From NCBI GenBank assembly GCA_964035575.1, contig OZ037840.1, positions 992,001-1,056,000 on the forward strand: a DNA stretch of 64,000 nt. The letters are read 5' to 3'. Origin of the DNA: Rhynchopus sp. YZ270_cl-10. Its lineage: Eukaryota. Positions 24,300 to 35,438 of the stretch are shown piece after piece (position 1 is the stretch's first letter; every line of letters begins with the position of its first letter). Made by a program: the position numbers and the translations under genes. The notes below the pieces were generated by a model, which worked only from the letters and a program-made list of their open reading frames with translations, did not search any database and was not told the DNA's origin.

Positions 24300-25647
24300 G
24301 TCTTCGAGAACCTAAAAATGCGTTTTGTTGAAATTTTCTGGCTTTTTCTGAACTTTTCCCAGCTACTTTTCTGGTCGAGTAGCCGACTTTTCTGATCGAG
24401 TAGCTATTTTCACTTTTCTGGTGTATGAGTAGGTTTTCTGGGTGGGAGACTGGATTCTGGGTACAGTGGTGTGTCTGGGCACCCAGGCACCTGGGTACTG
24501 GTGTATTTTCGGCCCAGGTACCCCGGTACACGGTACACTGGTGTACAAGGAAAAAAGTCGTGAAAAAGCAACCACAGCTCCACATGACAAACACAAAAGT
24601 GTCCAGTCACGTGGGGCATTCATGCACTGAGGAGATAATGATCCAACAATTTACAAGAAAGATTACTTAACCTACTGCTGGAAATTGCCAGGTCGTAGTA
24701 ACACACAAAGTGCGCCTCCGTTCGGGAATACCGGATATTCTAGAGACCAAAAAGGCCTCAAGAATATCTTCCGCTGGTCAAGGTATAACCGAGTGAACGG
24801 CCCAAGACCCCCGTGGAGAAGTTAAATGTTGTAATGCTATCAAGTACAAACTGCGACCACTGTCTTACCCTCCTCAATACATGGTGGAAGATGTCTTTCA
24901 CAACAAATATCCTGTACACAGGTACACAGATACACAGGTACACAGGTAAAACCCGTTAAAATTGTGTGTGAAAGTTAAAAATAGCTATATTTGCATTTTT
25001 CGCCCAGCATTGAGGACACATAGGCCCACCAAGGGCAATTTTGTGATGTCAAAAAATTTTTTTTTCGGCCCAAAAATTGACTTGTTTTCGGTAAAACCCA
25101 CTAAAAATTGTGGTACTCTAAACTGCGTTTTAGACCCCCACAGATGCTCAAAAGTGCCAAATTTTGCTTTTAATGGCCTCAAATCGTCGAAATTAGCCCT
25201 AAACGGGGGCAAAAAAAATTTTTCGAGAGTCCCTTTCCCTGGGAGGCTCCGTAATTACGTACCCTAGGGTCCGTAATTACGGACCCTAGGGTACGTAATT
25301 ACGGACCCTAGGGTACGTAATTACGTACCCTAGGGTACGTAATGACACTCCGTAAAGAGGGAGTGTCCTAACATGCCGTTTTACGGACCCTCGGGGTGTG
25401 CGGACCCCGCCGTGCACCTTCCTATCCGATCACTCAAATAACCCCTTTTTTTGGTGGAAGCGTACAACTAACAAACTCTCTCCCACATATTTCGTTTCCC
25501 GTTTTTCCTGTTGTGGGTGAAGATAGCTATTGACACCCGTAGTGTTTTTCCCCCTCCCGCGTCCTCTACCTTCCTATCGGATTAATCAAAAAACCCCTTT
25601 TTGGGGTATATTTCCCCCCCGCTTTCCTTCTTTGAGTTCCCCCAAAC

Positions 25648-26307
25648 ATGGGGGATATTTATAGCGATGAGTCTGTACTGTGCTCTGCTGACCCAGATTT
25701 TAAGATGTTGCTAGAGAGGATGGAGCTTGTCGGGAGCGGAGAGAGCCGTGTCGGGGAGAACAGCTGGCATCGACAGGGGAGGAGGGGGGTGAGCGGGAGG
25801 GCGATTGTATCAAAGAACGCTGCGAGTCTGCGAGCAGAGTGCGGGTACACCCCTGTCCGTCCGAGCACCGAAGACACCCGTTTGCAAGACCTGAGAGACC
25901 GCGCCTCGGCGCACAGACTCAAACAACTCACGGCGATCCGTCACCGAGTCTTCTGTGGTGTGCTTGGCTTTGAGTCAAATGTCAGGGTACCTTTCCATCC
26001 AGATTATACATTTAGCTCGGGAATCTTACCGGAACCGAAGAAAACAGTTAAAAAGGTTCCTAAGATTCGTGGTGGAGGTGGAGGTGGAGGTGGGGTAGAA
26101 AAATGCTTTTCAAGTCTGGTAGTTGCAGCGCAAGGAGGAGGGGGTGATGTGGGTGGTGGGCTACCGTTGTATACCAGGGGTGCCGGTGGGGGGGCTGCGG
26201 GGACAGTGTTCAAAAGGCGGGCTGATGTGACGAAGACGGTGGATTGGTGTCCTGGAAAGATGTCGCGTCTTGCGAGAAGGTGTGTACAAAGAGGTGATGG
26301 CGGATGA
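25648..26307 (+). CDS. Hypothetical protein (219 aa)
   Basis: ATG-initiated ORF on the gene strand, preceded by a polypyrimidine tract and AG; no recognisable motif. Confidence 0.4.
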   Translation: MGDIYSDESVLCSADPDFKMLLERMELVGSGESRVGENSWHRQGRRGVSGRAIVSKNAASLRAECGYTPVRPSTEDTRLQDLRDRASAHRLKQLTAIRHRVFCGVLGFESNVRVPFHPDYTFSSGILPEPKKTVKKVPKIRGGGGGGGGVEKCFSSLVVAAQGGGGDVGGGLPLYTRGAGGGAAGTVFKRRADVTKTVDWCPGKMSRLARRCVQRGDGG

Positions 26308-27123
26308 TTGAAGTAAACCCCGTCATTTGAGATGCGAAAAAATGCCCTCAAAAACGTAGGGGGTAAATCAACAAAAAAAATTGGGTTGTTCGTGATGTCG
26401 AAGGGGAAATCAATCAGGTTTCTGTAGTGATGAGATGATGGGTGTTGAGATGATTCTCGATAAAAAAAAGCGACTGTCCCAGGAGGTGGAACAGCTTCTG
26501 CAAATTGGTGGAGATGGGAAAGGCAACATTTTTTTTTTTCCAAAAAAAAAAATAAATTGCCTGGATGGACAGCTTTGGTTTGTATCTCCGTTTTTATTTC
26601 ATTTGGTTCTTATTGTTCTTGGGTTCCCCCAAGAATCCCAACGTTTCTTTGTTCAAAAAAAAAAAAACCAAAAATTGACTACGTGCAGTCATCACTGTGA
26701 TCTCCGTCCTTATCAATGGATTCCTTTTTTATATCACATGTCAAGCTCAATATTTTGGGATGTGGACGGCACGGTTTGGGGTGCACCCCCTGGGTGCACC
26801 GGTAATGCACAAGGGTACACTATTTCACGAGAGGGCTTTTGTATTTCAAAATTAAATTTTTGATTTTTCACAGCATCTCTCACGACTTCGGGTTGGGAGC
26901 TTCTCCCCTCACATCTGTTGAGCGACAACAGTGCTCGCCGTCTGATGTCAATATGACCAACCTCTCACGATGTTTGTTCATTTTCCGGAATTAACTACAA
27001 CTGATCAAATGCCCTCCTCCTTTGTTTTCATAACTTCTGTCGTCGCTTCCTACCCCAACCCCCCAGTAGCGTTTCTGAAGGTACGTAACACACACACACG
27101 GGCAGAAATTACACCTCTACACC

Positions 27124-30100
27124 ATGTTGCTTGTGACCTCACTGCTCAGTGTGGTCGCCACGTCGCTTGCATGCAATGAGTACGCATCCTCCTCCTGTGC
27201 AGAGGTGCAAGGCTGTGCATGGAGTACGCCGCTCTCCCTGTGCGTGGATGCGTCAGTCAGCAGCGTGAACGCCACGTGCACCACACTCATGACCATGCAT
27301 GATTGCATAGACGCAAACTGCACGTGGACAGATGACTATTGTGTCGACAACTCGACATGCGGCTCCCTGAACTTCACAAACTGCATAATGGACACCAACT
27401 GCACGTGGGACAACTCGACACACACTTGCTTTGATGGGAACATGTCCTGTGGCAGCATCATGAACTCCACCACCTGTGCTGACTCAAACTGCACCTGGAC
27501 AGGCAGCGAATGTGTCGATGCGAATGCGACATGTGCATCCCTCAACTTCACCAGCTGTCACATGGACACGAACTGCACATGGGAGTACAAGCTTGGTTTC
27601 TGTTTCGATGCAAACATGACGTGCGACAACATTACGAGTGCCACATTCTGTCTTGACCAGGGTCAGAACTGCACTTGGATCGGAAACCGCTGTGCTGATG
27701 GGAACGTGTCTTGCGGAGTGAGGGACCGTTGGAGCTGCATGAGCAACAGGAACTGCTCTTGGGACAGCTACAACAACAGCTGCTTGGACGCCAACACCAC
27801 TTGCCCCAGCATTCTCTCTCCTGCGACCTGTGTTGACGCAAACTGCACTTGGACCAACAACCACTGTGTCGACAACTCGACATGCGGCTCCCTGAACTTC
27901 ACAAACTGCATAATGGACACCAACTGCACGTGGGACAACTCGACACACACTTGCTTTGATGGGAACATGTCCTGTGGCAGCATCATGAACTCCACCACCT
28001 GTGCTGACTCAAACTGCACCTGGACAGGAAGCGAATGTGTCGATGCGAATGCGACATGTGCATCCCTCAACTTCACCAGCTGTCACATGGACACGAACTG
28101 CACGTGGGAGTACAAACTCGGTTTCTGCTTCGATGCAAACATGACGTGCGACAACATTACGAGTGCCACATTCTGTCTTGACCAGGGTCAGAACTGCACT
28201 TGGATCGGAAACCGCTGTGCTGATGGGAACGTGTCTTGCGGAGTGAGGGACCGTTGGAGCTGCATGCATAGTAACTACAACTGCTCGTGGGACAGCTACA
28301 ACAACAGCTGCTTGGACGCCAACACCACTTGCCCCAGCATTCTCTCTCCTGCGACCTGTGTTGACGCAAACTGCACTTGGACCAACAACCATTGTGTCGA
28401 CAACTCGACATGCGGTTCCCTGAACATGAGCAATTGCATAATGGACACCAACTGCACGTGGGACAACTCGACACACACTTGCTTTGATGGGAACATGTCC
28501 TGTGGCAGCATCATGAACTCCACCACCTGTGCTGACTCAAACTGCACCTGGACAGGAAGCGAATGTGTCGATGCAAACGCGACATGTGCATCCCTTAACT
28601 TCACCAGCTGTCACATGGACACGAACTGCACATGGGAGTACAAGCTTGGTTTCTGTTTCGATGCAAACATGACGTGCGACAACATTACGAGTGCCACATT
28701 CTGTCTTGACCAGGGTCAGAACTGCACGTGGATTGGCGACCGCTGTGCTGATGGGAACGTGTCTTGCGGAGTGAGGGACCGTTGGAGCTGCATGCATAGT
28801 AACTACAACTGCTCGTGGGACAGCTACAACAACAGCTGCTTGGACGCCAACACCACTTGCCCCAGCATTCTCTCTCCTGCGACCTGTGTTGACGCAAACT
28901 GCACTTGGACCAACAACCATTGTGTCAACAACTCGACATGCGGTTCCCTGAACTTCACAAACTGCATAATGGACACCAACTGCACGTGGGACAACTCGAC
29001 ACACACTTGCTTTGATGGGAACATGTCCTGTGGCAGCATCATGAACTCCACCACCTGTGCTGACTCAAACTGCACCTGGACAGGCAGCGAATGTGTCGAT
29101 GCGAATGCGACATGTGCATCCCTCAACTTCACCAGCTGTCACATGGACACGAACTGCACGTGGGAGTACAAACTCGGTTTCTGCTTCGATGCAAACATGA
29201 CGTGCGACAACATTACGAGTGCCACATTCTGTCTTGACCAGGGTCAGAACTGCACTTGGATCGGAAACCGCTGTGCTGATGGGAACGTGTCTTGCGGAGT
29301 GAGGGACCGTTGGAGCTGCATGAGCAACAGGAACTGCTCTTGGGACAGCTACAACAACAGCTGCTTGGACGCCAACACCACTTGCCCCAGCATTCTCTCT
29401 CCTGCGACCTGTGTTGACGCAAACTGCACTTGGACCAACAACCATTGTGTCGACAACTCGACATGCGGCTCCCTGAACTTCACAAACTGCATAATGGACA
29501 CCAACTGCACGTGGGACAACTCGACACACACTTGCTTTGATGGGAACATGTCCTGTGGCAGCATCATGAACTCCACCACCTGTGCTGACTCAAACTGCAC
29601 CTGGACAGGCAGCGAATGTGTCGATGCGAACGCGACATGTGCATCCCTTAACTTCACCAGCTGTCACATGGACACGAACTGCACGTGGGAGTACAAACTC
29701 GGTTTCTGCTTCGATGCAAACATGACGTGCGACAACATTACGAGTGCCACATTCTGTCTTGACCAGGGTCAGAACTGCACTTGGATCGGAAACCGCTGTG
29801 CTGATGGGAACGTGTCTTGCGGAGTGAGGGACCGTTGGAGCTGCATGAGCAACAGGAACTGCTCGTGGGACAGCTACAACAACAGCTGCTTGGATGCAAA
29901 CACCACTTGCCCCAGCATTCTCTCTCCTGCCACCTGTGTTGACGCAAACTGCACTTGGACCAACAACCATTGTGTCGACAACTCGACATGCGGCTCCCTG
30001 AACTTCACAAACTGCATAATGGACACCAACTGCACGTGGGACAACTCGACACACACTTGCTTTGATGGGAACATGTCCTGTGGCAGCATCATGAACTCCA

Positions 30101-32811
30101 CCACCTGTGTTGACTCAAACTGCACCTGGACAGGAAGCGAATGTGTCGATGCAAACGCGACATGTGCATCCCTTAACTTCACCAGCTGTCACATGGACAC
30201 GAACTGCACATGGGAGTACAAGCTTGGTTTCTGTTTCGATGCAAACATGACGTGCGACAACATTACGAGTGCCACATTCTGTCTTGACCAGGGTCAGAAT
30301 TGCACGTGGATCGGAAACCGCTGTGCTGATGGGAACGTGTCTTGCGGAGTGAGGGACCGTTGGAGCTGCATGAGCAACAGGAACTGCTCGTGGGACAGCT
30401 ACAACAACAGCTGCTTGGACGCCAACACCACTTGCCCCAGCATTCTCTCTCCTGCGACCTGTGTTGACGCAAACTGCACTTGGACCAACAACCACTGTGT
30501 CGACAACTCGACATGCGGTTCCCTGAACTTCACAAACTGCATAATGGACACCAACTGCACGTGGGACAACTCGACACACACTTGCTTTGATGGGAACATG
30601 TCCTGTGGCAGCATCATGAACTCCACCACCTGTGCTGACTCAAACTGCACCTGGACAGGCAGCGAATGTGTCGATGCGAACGCGACATGTGCATCCCTTA
30701 ACTTCACCAGCTGTCACATGGAGACGAACTGCACGTGGGAGTACAAGCTTGGATTCTGCTTCGATGCAAACATGACGTGCGACAACATTACGAGTGCCAC
30801 ATTCTGTCTTGACCAGGGTCAGAACTGCACGTGGATTGGCGACCGCTGTGCTGATGGGAACGTGTCTTGCGGAGTGAGGGACCGTTGGAGCTGCATGAGC
30901 AACAGGAACTGCTCGTGGGACAGCTACAACAACAGCTGCTTGGATGCAAACACCACTTGCCCCAGCATTCTCTCTCCTGCGACCTGTGTTGACGCAAACT
31001 GCACTTGGACCAACAACCATTGTGTCGACAACTCGACATGCGGCTCCCTGAACTTCACAAACTGCATAATGGACACCAACTGCACGTGGGACAACTCGAC
31101 ACACACTTGCTTTGATGGGAACATGTCCTGTGGCAGCATCATGAACTCCACCACCTGTGTTGACTCAAACTGCACCTGGACAGGAAGCGAATGTGTCGAT
31201 GCAAACGCGACATGTGCATCCCTTAACTTCACCAGCTGTCACATGGACACGAACTGCACATGGGAGTACAAGCTTGGTTTCTGTTTCGATGCAAACATGA
31301 CGTGCGACAACATTACGAGTGCCACATTCTGTCTTGACCAGGGTCAGAATTGCACGTGGATCGGAAACCGCTGTGCTGATGGGAACGTGTCTTGCGGAGT
31401 GAGGGACCGTTGGAGCTGCATGAGCAACAGGAACTGCTCGTGGGACAGCTACAACAACAGCTGCTTGGACGCCAACACCACTTGCCCCAGCATTCTCTCT
31501 CCTGCGACCTGTGTTGACGCAAACTGCACTTGGACCAACAACCACTGTGTCGACAACTCGACATGCGGTTCCCTGAACTTCACAAACTGCATAATGGACA
31601 CCAACTGCGCGTGGGACAACTCGACACACACTTGCTTTGATGGGAACATGTCCTGTGGCAGCATCATGAACTCCACCACCTGTGCTGACTCAAACTGCAC
31701 CTGGACAGGCAGCGAATGTGTCGATGCGAACGCGACATGTGCATCCCTCAACTTCACCAGCTGTCACATGGACACGAACTGCACATGGGAGTACAAGCTT
31801 GGTTTCTGTTTCGATGCAAACATGACGTGCGACAACATTACGAGTGCCACATTCTGTCTTGACCAGGGTCAGAACTGCACGTGGATTGGAAACCGCTGTG
31901 CTGATGGGAACGTGTCTTGCGGAGTGAGGGACCGTTGGAGCTGCATGCATAGTAACTACAACTGCTCGTGGGACAGCTACAACAACAGCTGCTTGGACGC
32001 CAACACCACTTGCCCCAGCATTCTCTCTCCTGCCACCTGTGTTGACGCAAACTGCACTTGGACCAACAACCATTGTGTCGACAACTCGACATGCGGCTCC
32101 CAGAACTTCACAAACTGCATAATGGACACCAACTGCACATGGGACAACTCGACACACACTTGCTTTGATGGGAACATGTCCTGTGACAGCATCATGAACT
32201 CCACCACCTGTGTTGACTCAAGCTGCACGTGGGCGGATGACCGTTGTGTGGAGTCCACTTGTAGCTCTCTGAACGTGACTGACTGTGCCGTGGACATGAA
32301 CTGTGCGTGGGACAATGAAACTGATTCCTGCCTTGACGCGAATCTGCCCTCTACGAATGTACCCTGTGCTCTGATGCCTGACGGCGAATGTGAGTTGGCT
32401 TCTAGCTGTGCCTGGGACAGCAGCAGTCGCAGCTGTCTCAGCATCTATTCCCAGAACTGTGGTTCTTTCAACGGCGAGAGCCTTTGCGGGCGCAACAACA
32501 ACTGCGTGTGGTCTGGACAGTTCTGTGCTGCGAAGAACGCTTGCAGCGCGCACGCAGAGGCACACAGTTGTGATAAGCACGTCGGGTGCACGTGGTCTGC
32601 AGATGAGTGCAAAACGTCTGACGACCTACCTGTGTGGGTGCTGCCTCTCTGCATTGGGGGTGGAGTGGTGCTGTTGGGTGCAGTGGCTGCGATGATCGTT
32701 ATGAAGAAGAAGCAGTCATCAGCATTGCTGTCACACAAGCATGTCGACCTGGAGGAGCAACTCAAGGTCAACGAGCATGACGATGAGCACGACCTGCATG
32801 TGGCCTGCTAG
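27124..32811 (+). CDS. Large Cys/Trp-repeat type I membrane surface glycoprotein (1895 aa)
   Basis: Signal peptide MLLVTSLLSVVATSLA; about 9.3 tandem 525/528-bp units, each of six C..C..CxW..C modules; dense NxS/T sites; TM segment WVLPLCIGGGVVLLGAVAAMIV followed by KKK and a short tail. Confidence 0.88.
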   Translation: MLLVTSLLSVVATSLACNEYASSSCAEVQGCAWSTPLSLCVDASVSSVNATCTTLMTMHDCIDANCTWTDDYCVDNSTCGSLNFTNCIMDTNCTWDNSTHTCFDGNMSCGSIMNSTTCADSNCTWTGSECVDANATCASLNFTSCHMDTNCTWEYKLGFCFDANMTCDNITSATFCLDQGQNCTWIGNRCADGNVSCGVRDRWSCMSNRNCSWDSYNNSCLDANTTCPSILSPATCVDANCTWTNNHCVDNSTCGSLNFTNCIMDTNCTWDNSTHTCFDGNMSCGSIMNSTTCADSNCTWTGSECVDANATCASLNFTSCHMDTNCTWEYKLGFCFDANMTCDNITSATFCLDQGQNCTWIGNRCADGNVSCGVRDRWSCMHSNYNCSWDSYNNSCLDANTTCPSILSPATCVDANCTWTNNHCVDNSTCGSLNMSNCIMDTNCTWDNSTHTCFDGNMSCGSIMNSTTCADSNCTWTGSECVDANATCASLNFTSCHMDTNCTWEYKLGFCFDANMTCDNITSATFCLDQGQNCTWIGDRCADGNVSCGVRDRWSCMHSNYNCSWDSYNNSCLDANTTCPSILSPATCVDANCTWTNNHCVNNSTCGSLNFTNCIMDTNCTWDNSTHTCFDGNMSCGSIMNSTTCADSNCTWTGSECVDANATCASLNFTSCHMDTNCTWEYKLGFCFDANMTCDNITSATFCLDQGQNCTWIGNRCADGNVSCGVRDRWSCMSNRNCSWDSYNNSCLDANTTCPSILSPATCVDANCTWTNNHCVDNSTCGSLNFTNCIMDTNCTWDNSTHTCFDGNMSCGSIMNSTTCADSNCTWTGSECVDANATCASLNFTSCHMDTNCTWEYKLGFCFDANMTCDNITSATFCLDQGQNCTWIGNRCADGNVSCGVRDRWSCMSNRNCSWDSYNNSCLDANTTCPSILSPATCVDANCTWTNNHCVDNSTCGSLNFTNCIMDTNCTWDNSTHTCFDGNMSCGSIMNSTTCVDSNCTWTGSECVDANATCASLNFTSCHMDTNCTWEYKLGFCFDANMTCDNITSATFCLDQGQNCTWIGNRCADGNVSCGVRDRWSCMSNRNCSWDSYNNSCLDANTTCPSILSPATCVDANCTWTNNHCVDNSTCGSLNFTNCIMDTNCTWDNSTHTCFDGNMSCGSIMNSTTCADSNCTWTGSECVDANATCASLNFTSCHMETNCTWEYKLGFCFDANMTCDNITSATFCLDQGQNCTWIGDRCADGNVSCGVRDRWSCMSNRNCSWDSYNNSCLDANTTCPSILSPATCVDANCTWTNNHCVDNSTCGSLNFTNCIMDTNCTWDNSTHTCFDGNMSCGSIMNSTTCVDSNCTWTGSECVDANATCASLNFTSCHMDTNCTWEYKLGFCFDANMTCDNITSATFCLDQGQNCTWIGNRCADGNVSCGVRDRWSCMSNRNCSWDSYNNSCLDANTTCPSILSPATCVDANCTWTNNHCVDNSTCGSLNFTNCIMDTNCAWDNSTHTCFDGNMSCGSIMNSTTCADSNCTWTGSECVDANATCASLNFTSCHMDTNCTWEYKLGFCFDANMTCDNITSATFCLDQGQNCTWIGNRCADGNVSCGVRDRWSCMHSNYNCSWDSYNNSCLDANTTCPSILSPATCVDANCTWTNNHCVDNSTCGSQNFTNCIMDTNCTWDNSTHTCFDGNMSCDSIMNSTTCVDSSCTWADDRCVESTCSSLNVTDCAVDMNCAWDNETDSCLDANLPSTNVPCALMPDGECELASSCAWDSSSRSCLSIYSQNCGSFNGESLCGRNNNCVWSGQFCAAKNACSAHAEAHSCDKHVGCTWSADECKTSDDLPVWVLPLCIGGGVVLLGAVAAMIVMKKKQSSALLSHKHVDLEEQLKVNEHDDEHDLHVAC

Positions 32812-34340
32812 ATCGGCGGGTGACTTAGCTCGGACGAGTTCTGCTTCAGATACTCTGCAATGTCTGAGTTAAAGTGTGTGTGTGTGTGTACAGTGGTATT
32901 TCATATTGCGACGCAACGACTTTTCTTTGCTATTCTGCCGACGCTTTCGAAGTTGCCTCTAAAATTCCGACTCCGGTTGGTATTTTTGGATCTGCGCTTG
33001 TTGTGCGTTTGCTGTTTTAATTTTGCAATTTCTTTCTTTGTGATTCATGTATTCACATTCCACGTTTTTTTTTTTTATGTTTTGCGTGTCTCCTTTAACT
33101 TCTTAAGATGCAGGTGATGTCTGTGCACGATGAAGCACATTTTGTCTTTTGCGTCTTACCTTTTCCATTTTCGTCTTTTTGTTTTGAGGAACTTGTGATA
33201 AAACGTACCCACGTACGTTCAGTATCGGTAGTCAATAGTAGTCAAATCGTGGGCGGGGGTTAGTGTAGCGTGAACGCACTATCTCTTCCTGCGGCAGTAA
33301 AATTGTTATTTATTTGGCTGTAATCTACTTACATCGTATTCACAGAGGACTCGTCTTCGTCGGCACAGCCTTTGATATTGGGCGGCACCCACATTTCCAA
33401 ATCAACCCTGTGTTATTTTTAGTTCATTTTTTTAGAAGCCCAATGTAATTTTGATTCAGTAATCGGGCATTTTTTTTTGATTGGGTTTGTTTTTTGTTTT
33501 TTGTTTTATTTTGGACTGCCTCTTCATATGTTGTACCTAACGTCACTGCCCACACAACCTTTCCCATAATGTGCGCACCCACCCGTGTTTGCGTGCATCT
33601 GTCATGTTAGCTTTTCTGTTCGCGAATGGATAAGTGCATGGCTGAATATTTTTTTCATTGGTTGTGCTTGGCTACTTGTTTGTGTGTCTTTGTTACCCAA
33701 CGCAAGGGAAACACAGCACGATTTGACGGTTTTTTCGGACCAGCATAGTTGGAGCAGAGAGAAGGGGGCGCAGTGTTGTTGGGAGGTAGATGATCAACTT
33801 CCGTCTCGTGGACACATTCGTTCATTGCAAAGCCGCACGCACCGTGTTGTGATGAGGAGTGGACAGTCCTTGGGATGGCAGCATTTTTTGTTTCCAAATA
33901 CTGTCTCTCGTGTTCTTGTATGTTTCATTTTTCTTTCCCCCTTGCTTGCGTGTATTTTTTTGTTTCTGATTTTTCTCAATTTTTTTTGGTCCAACAAAGA
34001 GGGGGTTCAAAGGAAAGTTCTGGAAATCAGAGCACTTTTGTACGGTGTATTGTACCCCTGCAATAGGCTGTATTATTTTTTCTGTCGGCACAGCGTGAGA
34101 CGCCAAGAGAGATGTTGTGGTCTCCCCTGCTCTCTCTTGGCCTCGACGATCTGCCACCAAAAGTTCGGTGAAGTGAACGAGAGTGTCTGTAAGCTTCACA
34201 ACTCTTCAGACGGTGGGTCGCTGGCTGACCGCCCCCATTCAGCCAAAGCAGTTGGCACCAAACTAAAATGCTTTTAAAATAAAACAAAAAGCAATGCAGA
34301 CAGAACCAATCAATGTTTCGTGTTCATCATCTTATTTTTC

Positions 34341-34825
34341 TGTCACCTCATGAAATGAAGGAGGAAATAGAACGCATTTTGAACACACTTTTGCAGTTCT
34401 GGGGGGACGAACCGCGCTGCAGAGACACCTCCTCACCCAAACAGGTCGAGGTGCGTTTCACCACAACCTTCTCCATATGGGTTTTATCGTGTGATGAGTG
34501 TTACTGGGGGGGGGGGCGAATAAGAGATGTGGCATCTCTTATTAGGCGAACGGACGAGCCAAAAATAAAAAAATTTTTTTGGGGGAAAAAAAGCAAATAG
34601 ACATTTTCGCCGGAGGCAAAAAAATTTTTTTGACCACTTTTTTGCCAGACCGGGTAGACAGGGTAAAATTTCAAAATGTTTTTTCAAGATAAAACCCTGG
34701 TGCGTGCAAAAAAAAAAAAAAAAAAAAATACCCCCAAAATCTCAACCTGATCTCTTATTCGGCCCTGATCTCTTATTCACCCCTGATCTCTTATTCGCCC
34801 CCCCCCCCCCAGTAAGTTTCTATTT
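34341..34825 (+). repeat. Family B repeat copy interrupted by a MITE
   Basis: Matches the family to 34503 and resumes GTTTCTATTT at about 34816. Confidence 0.85.
34504..34812. mobile_element. 309-bp Tc1/mariner-type MITE, TA TSD
   Basis: CTG(G)nCGAATAAGAGAT / ATCTCTTATTCG(C)nAG; TA at 34502-34503 and 34813-34814. The empty site GTGTTACGTTTC is seen in other family B copies. Confidence 0.88.
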
Positions 34826-35034
34826 TTATACCGACAAGCGTAGCTTAAAGGAGAAATAGTTCCTCAGATACGGTCGCCAATCACCCCTCAAACAGGGTAA
34901 TTGTGCAATCAATGGAAAAACCTTTTTTCCTTTTACATACCTATCAGAGTTACTATTTTTAAACGACCCCGTTCAAAAAGAGCCAGAAAGGTTTTTATTG
35001 TGTTGGCTGTATGTGGACCAAAAAAAAAAAGAAG

Positions 35035-35100
35035 CCGGTGGAGATTGCACAAACTGTGGCAACACAACCGAAGCAACTACACTACTCCAACAATTTATCA
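35035..35100 (+). repeat. Family A short repeat copy
   Basis: Matches 5021-5089. Confidence 0.85.
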
Positions 35101-35438
35101 AGGAAAATATAAAGTCTACCTTCCGCAAAAAAGGAAAATCATGCACCACTGAGTACACAGACCTCACCACAGTACACGACGTGGTCTCAGCTCAAATGCA
35201 AAAAAACGCTTCTCCCCAAACGAGGTTTCATCTCATTTCCGGTTTTTATTTATTTATTTATTCGGTACACTGTTCACGAGAGGGCTTTGTATTTCAACTC
35301 TATTTTATTCTACTTGCAATGTGACATTGGTTAAAGTCAGTTCAAGTGAAACCCGAGAGAGGTTGGTACTCGTCCAGGGAGAAGTTTTTTTGTTTTCGTT
35401 TTCGTTTTCTTTTCTTTTATTTTTTTTTTTAAATGACA

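Larger units (their letters stand above)
22330..24907 (+). repeat. About 285-bp direct repeat pair (about 22330-22615 and 24620-24907)
   Basis: CATGCACTGAGGAGATAATGATCCAACAATTTAC...ACAACAAA present twice with few substitutions. Confidence 0.9.
22024..25414. mobile_element. Non-autonomous CAC...GTG (CMC/EnSpm-like) element, 2-bp TSD CA
   Basis: TIR CACGGCGGGGTCC(A/G)CACACCC.GAGGGTCCGTAAA with its inverse ending at 25414; subterminal palindromic arrays CGTAATTACG / ACCCTAGGGT at both ends; CA on each flank. Confidence 0.75.

Noticed and set aside
22330..24907. LTR retrotransposon
   Set aside because: The direct repeats lack TG...CA ends, primer-binding site, polypurine tract and gag/pol remnants.
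18010..25330. CRISPR-like arrays in the palindromic repeats
   Set aside because: No unique spacers and no cas genes; they are transposon subterminal repeats.
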